DNA of 63,844 bases, counting the filler, from Bigelowiella natans CCMP2755 (lineage: Eukaryota; Protista; Cercozoa), in the NCBI GenBank assembly GCA_000320545.1. It is 8 parts of 8 records of this genome, joined end to end, with 100 filler letters (N's around TTAATTAATTAA, not from the genome) between each part and the next. Parts side by side here need not be neighbours in the genome. Positions count along the whole stretch, not along the records: positions 54,311 to 60,820 come from ADNK01002026.1; positions 60,921 to 62,665 come from ADNK01002336.1; positions 62,766 to 63,844 come from ADNK01002726.1; 5 more parts are not named here. One strand, written 5' to 3'. Both the position numbers and the translations under genes were made by a program. Shown piece by piece: positions 55,980 through 63,844 of this stretch; position 1 is the first letter of the stretch, and every line of letters starts with the position of its first letter. The notes under the pieces were generated by a model. The model was given only the letters and a program-made list of their open reading frames with translations, had not been told where the DNA came from and searched no databases.

Positions 55980-56619
55980 CATATGCACTCAGCACACAAA
56001 CAAGATCCACCCACCGACTTCTGCTTTCCGACCACTAGACCACGAGTCTAAGATACCTCAGTAGTTATGAGCCGCCGCCCGCCAACGACGAAGAGAAGTT
56101 CCCGTGCCAGATATGCTTCGGGGAGAGCCATTACGGCGTCTCCGTGGAGTGCAACCACTACTATTGCAAGGAGTGCATCTCGCACTCGCTCCAGGCCATA
56201 TGTGACGTGAGTCAGTTTCCAGCGTATTGCCCGGCCTGCCGTGCGGAGGCGAACGGTGCGACAGCCCAGCCTAGCGTCCGATTGGCTTTTGTAGACGATA
56301 GTATACACATATATATATTTTCCATATTTGTGATGTATCTAATGTAATAGCAGTGCTGCAAAAGAAGCCTAGATTGCCTATCGTCGTCTTCGTCGTCGTC
56401 ATCACTGTCATACTGCGTCTGGTCAGGGAAAAAGCCCGAGCACGGGCGGATTGGGAATCAGGCGTTGTCGTTCCTGAGGCAGAGAGCGGTCATCTCACAC
56501 GAATTCCAAATGAGGTTTCTCAAGTTGCAGCTAGCAGGTGCCTGCTCCGCGACCTGTCAGCATAGAGGCGACGCGCGCATAGAGCCTTTAGAGCACGCGC
56601 TTCTAATAAGATGTAACAC

Positions 56620-56658
<39 letters not shown>

Positions 56659-56678
56659 TTATATGTAAATAATATTTA

Positions 56679-56714
<36 letters not shown>

Positions 56715-57276
56715 TGCAGGCGCGGAAGAGTACTTTCACTGCCCCTCAGGCTGTGGAAACTTGATGAAGGACGTTGATCCCACCTTCGTCGACTCAGTAG
56801 ATGGGAAGTCGGTGTATGTGCGGCCGGGGCTGTGCGTATGCGGGGCGATAGTGTGCCCCAGTTGCCACCAGCTGGTAAGTAGCAAAAGTTTCATTTCCTC
56901 CGAGTCGATGACTTTCCTATATTGATGGTGATGGGAGTGTCGGTCCCCCCCCATCATCACCAACATGATTCTCATCATCTTATCGCGCCCAGGTGAAACC
57001 CGGTATGGAGCAGACGCACGAGTGTCCGGAGGAGCTCCGAAGTCGCGACGTGCCGGGGAAGGCCACGCTCGCGCTTATGGCCAAGCTTGGCAAGCCATGC
57101 CCTTTTTGCTCAGGATTCGTGCAGAAGAATGGAGGCTGCAACGTCATGATGTGCGGGACCTCAGCTCATGGCGAGCTAGGTGAGAAAGAGACGGCTACGA
57201 CTGAGAAGCACGGCAGTCAGTAGCAGCGTCGATAGAGCGGAATCATGCGTATATGAATATTGAGCGCGCGTACACA

Positions 57277-57316
<40 letters not shown>

Positions 57317-57828
57317 ATATATATATATATATATATATATATTTTTATAATATTTTTGCTTTGGTGTGGCTGTGTGTGATACGAGATACCAATAAGACAT
57401 CGTTACGCTTGTATTTATGCCGCGCCGCGCTTGCGTGCGTGGGAACCTACCGTGTTATGATGCTGTCCTCTTGCGTGCGCGGGAACCTACCGTGTTATGA
57501 TGCTGTCCTCTTCCATGGCCCTTTTGTCCTCCCCTTGTTTATCATCCATCATTTTTTGAAATATTGGTGAAGTTCTTATCATCCATCATTTTTTGAAATA
57601 TTGGTGAAGTTCTAACCTGCTGGCTGCTTTGCCTCGCTCCGCTTCTCTTGCCGATTTACAACCTACTTACGCTCTGCATCATTCCCTCCCCCTCTACCAA
57701 CAACACATAACAATAGCAATAGCGCTGCGGAACGGGGGGTGCGGAGGCTGCTTTCTTTGGGACAGTGGCCAGCCTGGAGGTTGACAAAGGGATTCGTAGA
57801 AGCACACACCATGCGCGCGCGCGCGCGC

Positions 57829-57865
<37 letters not shown>

Positions 57866-58182
57866 ACACGCGTTTAGGATTAGGAGGAAAACATAAATAT
57901 GTACGTTCTGCATGAGTGACACGGAGATGAAAGGCACCGATGGATCATCATCATCATCATCATGATCATCATCATCGTATGCTCTTCACAAACGATTCAC
58001 GATCCTCGTCAGGCGTGGACTATTTTCATCTCGACGGGGTTAAGACCAAGCGGCAGCCGGTGACCTCCAGGATGCACGACTACGAGAAAAAGAAGGAAAA
58101 ACTGCTGGCAAAAACGCCACCCTGGACGGAAACCAAGCTGCATGGCGTCTTCGTTATGGTTCCTCCTCCAGCTAAGAAGTGA
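54590..58182 (+). CDS. RBR (RING1-IBR-RING2) E3 ubiquitin ligase
   Basis: RING1 'CQICFGESHYGVSVECNHYYCKECISH..CPAC', IBR 'YFHCPSGCGN..CVCGAIVCPSCH', RING2 'KPCPFCSGFVQKNGGCNVMMCG..GGCGGCFLW'. Confidence 0.88.
57430..57613 (+). repeat. Two adjacent intronic tandem duplications (~40 bp and ~36 bp)
   Basis: CTTGCGTGCGYGGGAACCTACCGTGTTATGATGCTGTCCT x2; TTATCATCCATCATTTTTTGAAATATTGGTGAAGTTC x2. Confidence 0.9.
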
Positions 58183-59337
58183 CGCGTTTCCTCTCGCCTG
58201 GCTGCATGCAGCTGCGCTAGTGCGAGGCTGCGCATGCGGCAGAGAGTGAAGTGGTGAGCCGAACAATGGGCGGATCAAGTTCGTTCGTGGAATTCCGCTT
58301 TTCCTTCTAGTGAAGCTTTCCACATTCAAGGCTGAAAGGCCGTTTGCTAATATCAACATGTATAGAAATCAATGGGCACATGATCTAGATGATCTCTTCG
58401 CCCTGTATGCAACTTCCACCACTCCCCGCCGCTCGATGATGAGGTGTGAGACGGGTGTAATCAATCAAATTAAATTTGTTCAATGGTCATCCTGATTTAG
58501 CTGTGCAATGCAGCGGCTACAGCGCTAATGTTGAATCTATTGGTCTCCGCTATGATGTATTTCATGCAATCAAATGCATGTTGTTTTGGTCTTGCTGAAT
58601 GTCGAGCATTTCGCGCAGCAGTGCGTGTTTCCTTCTCATCGCAAGGCAAATAACCTTTTCGTGTCGTCGTCGCGCATCACTGTGGCACTGAGCTATTTTC
58701 TCAAGCGACGTTGATCTGCGTGTGGTGTGCAAAGGGCAAGAATGCAAATGATGCACCACATCTTCGATGACGTTGCACGCTGCACAGCGTGCTTATTCGT
58801 CTGCAATAATGCACAATCCTCTTGAAAGTTTGAAGTTGACAACACCCATGATGCAGCGCGTCCATGCTTATTAGCATGATGTAGTGGTCATTGGGGATCA
58901 GTGCAGAGCGATTGCCAGGAGCGAAGTGTCAAAGCTGCACGTCACTGAAAACAAATAAAATCGAGATGCATGTCAGCATTGTTACATTCACTGTCCATAG
59001 CTGCACGCATCACGTGCTGATCGATCGATCTCCGCCCGACGACAGTCATGCACGGCATCATAGCATCGGCCAGCTCACACACGCACGCCACGCACGCAGC
59101 ACCATGCCCAATTTCATCTCACGGTTAGCACAAAATGCTAATATTTGTCAAGTACAGATGCACATGCACTAGTCCTACTGAAGAAAATCTTCGTCAATGT
59201 CAAGATGTAGATGTAGTTCAGCAACGAATGCAAACAAAAAATCTCGAATCTGGAGCGTGCCGCCGTTACGGCTACTGCTCGCAGACTTACGCTTCCTATC
59301 TACTTGAAAGCACCTGCAACGAGGCCACGCTCCAAGC

Positions 59338-60283
59338 TCATCTGCTATTCGAACGTGACGTTTGCCGCCTCTTACCGCGACCACTGCTACTTCCCTTCTT
59401 GCTACTTCTCCTCTCGCTACTTCTGCCACGTCGTCGCCTCTCACGCTCACGGCTCCTGCTGCTCCTATTCCGACGGCGCCCACCTGTTTCATCGATAGCA
59501 TAACGACGAAAGAGAATGAAACGGCCGGATGGATGATGATGGTGGTGATGGCGTGGACAAAGCAGACGATTATTATACAAAACAAGTGAATAAATAAATA
59601 AATGTCAGTAGGTTGGGCATCGTACTTATTACCATCGCGGCGGCGACTGCGACTTCTGCTCCGGCTGCCGGCTTTGCTGCTAGTGCTCTCTCGACGGCGT
59701 GATCGCTCCCAATCTCTGTGGTCTCTGTGGTCTCTGTGGTCTCTGTTGTCTCTATTGCTGCAGATGCGACGACGATGACGATGACCACGATAATTATGAA
59801 CCCAAGGAGGGATTAGGCGAGGGAGGGGGGGGGGGAAAGGGGGGAGGGAGCAAAGAGGAGTGTTAGACAACTTGATGGTCAAGCAGGTGAAGGGGGAGAG
59901 GAGTTGATATTGATACGCATAATCATGAAACACAAATCGGTAGTGATGCGGTGGAGATGAGTGTCGTCGATGCCTCGTCTGAGTTTAAGGCGCTTCTAGA
60001 CCCTTGCTGCACGCTGCTGCTCGCCACCTTTTGGATTGATGATCCTTGCCATTGCTGCCTGGCAGCCAGCGCTCCGACTTCCGTATGGGGGAGGGGCTCT
60101 TTCCGCGTCCTAGCCTACGAGCCTTCTTGCGATCTTCCATTCGGAGGCTGATTGTTGTGTTTCGATAGCGCTTGCATTGTGAATCATATTACGAGAAGAA
60201 AAGGCTCAATGGGGAGGGGGGGGGGGGGGGGGGGGGGGGTAGAGAAGATGCAGAAGACAAACAAATGAACAAACAGAGAAAGG

Positions 60284-60326
<43 letters not shown>

Positions 60327-60761
60327 GTACACCTCTCCACAGCCTCGCGATCAATCTCGCCGCAATCGACGATTCGTATCAGCTGCTTGGGCATGCCCTC
60401 TCCCTTCGTTCCCGCCTTTCCTATCTTCATAAGGGTGGAGAGGCCTAATATACACACCCCGTCAATACAAGCACCACAGTCGGCGACCATCACATATATT
60501 ATACGAAGTCAGGATTTAAATGATCATTCGCTACTGGGGAGCAGCGCCGCTGCTCCGCCAATAGTTGCTTGTGGGTCACCAACTCCAACAACCCAAAGCT
60601 TACCCCCCCCCTAGCCCCCCCCCCCCCGACCCCGTATACGAACCGTCCTTGATCTGGCCGAAGACGACGTGCTTGCCGTCGAGCCAGTTGCACTTCTTGA
60701 GCGTGATGTAGAATTGTGAGCCGTTTGAGTCCGGGCCGCTATTCGCCATGGAAAGCATACC
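59338..60761 (-). CDS. Cyclophilin-type PPIase with RS-rich C-terminus (PPIG/CYP63-like); 5' end in the gap
   Basis: '[40 protein letters not shown]', 'IRIVDCGEI', '[12 protein letters not shown]', '[12 protein letters not shown]'. Confidence 0.9.
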
Positions 60762-60995
60762 TGGCGAGCGATCCGTCCGTCGGGTGCGGTAGATTAGATT
60801 AGATTATAAAGATGCGGTGGNNNNNNNNNNNNNNNNNNNNNNNNNNNNNNNNNNNNNNNNNNNNTTAATTAATTAANNNNNNNNNNNNNNNNNNNNNNNN
60901 NNNNNNNNNNNNNNNNNNNNGAAAGAGAGAGAGAGAGAGAGAGAGAGTGAGAGAGAGACCGTGTAACCCATTTTCTCCTTTTCTTAATCCCCCAG

Positions 60996-61205
60996 GTCCC
61001 TCGTCCCCGTGCTTGGGGCGCGGCAGGGCTACATGGGCTTCCCCCAGCAACAAAGACGGGCGCTTCCGCCTGGGGGCAGGGGACATTCGTGCGGGCCTCC
61101 TCGTGGGGGATACTCGGCAAACGCACAATCCCTCTCAGGGAGGTGTGGAAGGTGCGGTCGTCATCTGCGCGCCAGCTGTTCTCAAGCGAGAAGCAAACGC
61201 GAAGG

Positions 61206-61245
<40 letters not shown>

Positions 61246-61794
61246 TTTATATGTATGTATTTCAAATGGCGCTGAGAAGAGAACGCCGCGTTGTTATTTA
61301 TATAAAGCCCAACGATGAGATGAGAGAGAGAGAGAGGGGGGGGGGGGGGAGTAAGATCATTATTCTTCGGAATTTCTTCAGAACATGCCCATGCACGCAA
61401 ACAACCAATGCTGCACTAACGCAGGAGGACCCAGATTTGCGCAAGGTTGTGGAATCAGATGACATGATCTTGGAGACGATCGTGCGGGCAACATCGGTAG
61501 CAAACTGCCTTACAATCGCGCCAGCGACGAGGAGGAAAGCGAAGGAGGGCGCCATTCAAGAGAGGCTCAGCAATGAAGGCAAAGAAACCGATTCGTTGGT
61601 CTACATCGTCAATACACATCTCTACTCTCACCCCTCCGCGCCGCACATCCGCTCACTGCAGTTGTCAATTCTCTGCAAAAGCCTTAAGAGGATCTGGGAG
61701 GCGGAGGGGAGAGAGGATGCGGCCCCATCCCTCGTCATCTGCGGTAGGCGAATACAATCAAATTTATAGATACCAACATATGTTTTCGGATATA

Positions 61795-61889
<95 letters not shown>

Positions 61890-62522
61890 AGAATGTCTAT
61901 GGGTTGTGCGTATATGCATCTGCCTGCAAATGATAAGCACGCACAGCAGCTGCACAACGGCTGGGTTCAAACCACACAAACAAACAAACAAACAGGCGAT
62001 ATGAACGCCACGTACGACGAGGGGGCAGTGTCGCTGATGATGACGGGGAAGCTCGGTGCCAACCATCATGAGTGGGCGGAGGGCGCCTCCTTCGTTAACG
62101 TCAGGACGAAGAAGGAACGAGAGGAAAAGGTTGATTCGTCATAACTCCGAATATCCCCCCCCCCCCCCCACCCCCCTCGCGTCCCTCCTTTCTCTGCTCA
62201 TCTCTATTGACATTTCTCCTTCGCTTCTGATTGCTGCAACCAAAAAACATCAACCCGTACACTCCAGCGCCACCCTCCCCTCTCTTCACCTTCCTCCCTC
62301 TCTCTCTTGATGTGTGATGATAATACTGCCTCTTTCTCCCTCCCCTCCCCCCGCCCTCGGACCCGGCCGGCCACCAGTGGAAGACATCGCTCTCCTGCAT
62401 GGAGAAAGGGCCGATTCGGAGAGCTTTCTCCGCATTAGACGCCCAACGCACGGGACGCATCGATCTCTCGAAGCTGCTCGAAAGACTTTCAACGCCGTCG
62501 CAGCAGGAGGGGGAGGGAGGCA
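60996..62522 (+). CDS. PDE12: 2',5'-phosphodiesterase 12 / CCR4-family EEP nuclease, partial
   Basis: 'YIVNTHLYSHPSAPHIRSLQ...LVICG|DMNATYDEGAVSLMMTGKLGANHHEW'. Confidence 0.75.
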
Positions 62523-62979
62523 GGTGGGTGTGGCTGCACCATCTCCTCCCCCCCCCGCAGGGGGGGGGGGGGTTGAAGGTCTTGCGGGGGGGGTTCTTAT
62601 AGGGCGATGCGGCACGTGCGTTGTGCGTTGAGTGGGGAGAAAGCTGTCTGATTCGGTTCTTTCTCNNNNNNNNNNNNNNNNNNNNNNNNNNNNNNNNNNN
62701 NNNNNNNNNTTAATTAATTAANNNNNNNNNNNNNNNNNNNNNNNNNNNNNNNNNNNNNNNNNNNNTTTAATTTCCACATGATGGCCCCGAGACCAACCAA
62801 CATGAATATTTTCACGCCCAATGAGGGGGACCAGGAAGAATCCCCAAGCGCGTGGGGGGGAGACGAGGGATGATGGCCCCGATAAAAATCCGGCAGTCGT
62901 CTTTCTCCCCCCCCCCGGCCAGTGTGTTTTTTTTTATTTTTCCCCCCCCCCCCCCCCCCCCCCCCCCCCCGCGCCTTGT

Positions 62980-63423
62980 GTTGAAAAGACGCGAAGTCCC
63001 GACCAATTCGAGAATTACTATACGAGGGAGGGTGCTGCGGATGGTAGGAGATACGCTATTCAAGGGCTGGCGCCCGACGGTAAAGAAGGCCCCGACAGCG
63101 ACGACAATGGCCGAAACAACGAGGATGACTCTGAAATCGAAAATCTTCGAGAGCTTGCAACGGAGGCGGGAATACCAAACCAAGCTTTCGCGCGGCATCA
63201 GGGAACTGGCCCGTCTGAGCATCAGCAGCCAGATCGAAATACAAAGGTGGGCGGTGGTGCGCATGCCGTTGATATGACACCGCTGTTACTGCTGTCACCG
63301 AGAGGCTACTGTTAGAATGGAGGCCCCTTCCTCTTTAGCTCTTGATTCCCTCTCCCTCCCTCCCTGCCCTTGCAGCTTTGCGAAACCAAAACACGTAGTT
63401 GAAAGATAAGCTGGCATGTATAT

Positions 63424-63469
<46 letters not shown>

Positions 63470-63753
63470 ATATTCAGCCTAGATCGACTGCGGTGCTCAT
63501 TGAATTATATCGTTTACCTCTCCCAACCCCCCCTTCCCAAGGATTTGGATAATGATCTGGAAACCATTCGAGAGAAGGTGTGGAGAGAGGAGCAGGCAGC
63601 TTTGGGCGAAGATCCCGACGAGCCAATCCCCCCCATCGACGGCACGCTTGCAAGACAGCAATGGCGGCAGAATAAGAAGGTGGAAGAGGTGCTAGATCGC
63701 ATCAATCGAAATCGTCGCTCCTCCTTCCTTGCCGATGTGGATAGGGCCTTCGA
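62980..63753 (+). CDS. Hypothetical protein, partial (between a gap and the window end)
   Basis: 'MTLKSKIFESLQRRREYQTKLSRGIRELARLSISSQIEIQR' and 'DLDNDLETIREKVWREEQAALGEDPDEPIPP...FLADVDRAFE'. Confidence 0.5.
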
Positions 63754-63844
63754 GGTATAGAAGGGGGGGGGGGGGGGGGGGGGGGGATCTTTTTTTTTGG
63801 GGCCCGGGGGTGGTTTTTGGTGTTTCTCGGGGGATGTTTAATTC

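Overview
Intron-rich eukaryotic nuclear scaffold with seven assembly gaps (N-TTAATTAATTAA-N linkers). The organism is inferred to be a flagellated alga with a secondary green plastid (chlorarachniophyte-like), based on a signal+transit leader, an STN7/8-like kinase and a plant-type plastid Zn-ribbon protein. About 17 spliced genes can be traced by eye, including ODAD1/DC2, a MEI1/PRD1-like protein, a plastid CxxCxGxG protein, a type-11 methyltransferase, PPP1R21-like, a C2H2 Zn-finger protein, long-chain acyl-CoA synthetase, a TPR protein, an STN7/8-like kinase with three Tudor/SH3-like repeats, an RBR E3 ligase, an RS-cyclophilin and PDE12-like. The most striking signal is non-coding. Sharply bounded intergenic islands have lost almost all TpA dinucleotides, and the surviving TpAs are nearly all in CTAG (26241-27458: 7 TpA, all CTAG; 30821-31613: 13 TpA, 11 CTAG). 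Neighbouring introns keep long (TA)n tracts. This looks like the footprint of a region-targeted TpA->TpG/CpA hypermutation system that spares CTAG, the reverse of fungal RIP. Gene names come from motif recall rather than database searches; exon boundaries and counts were made by eye.
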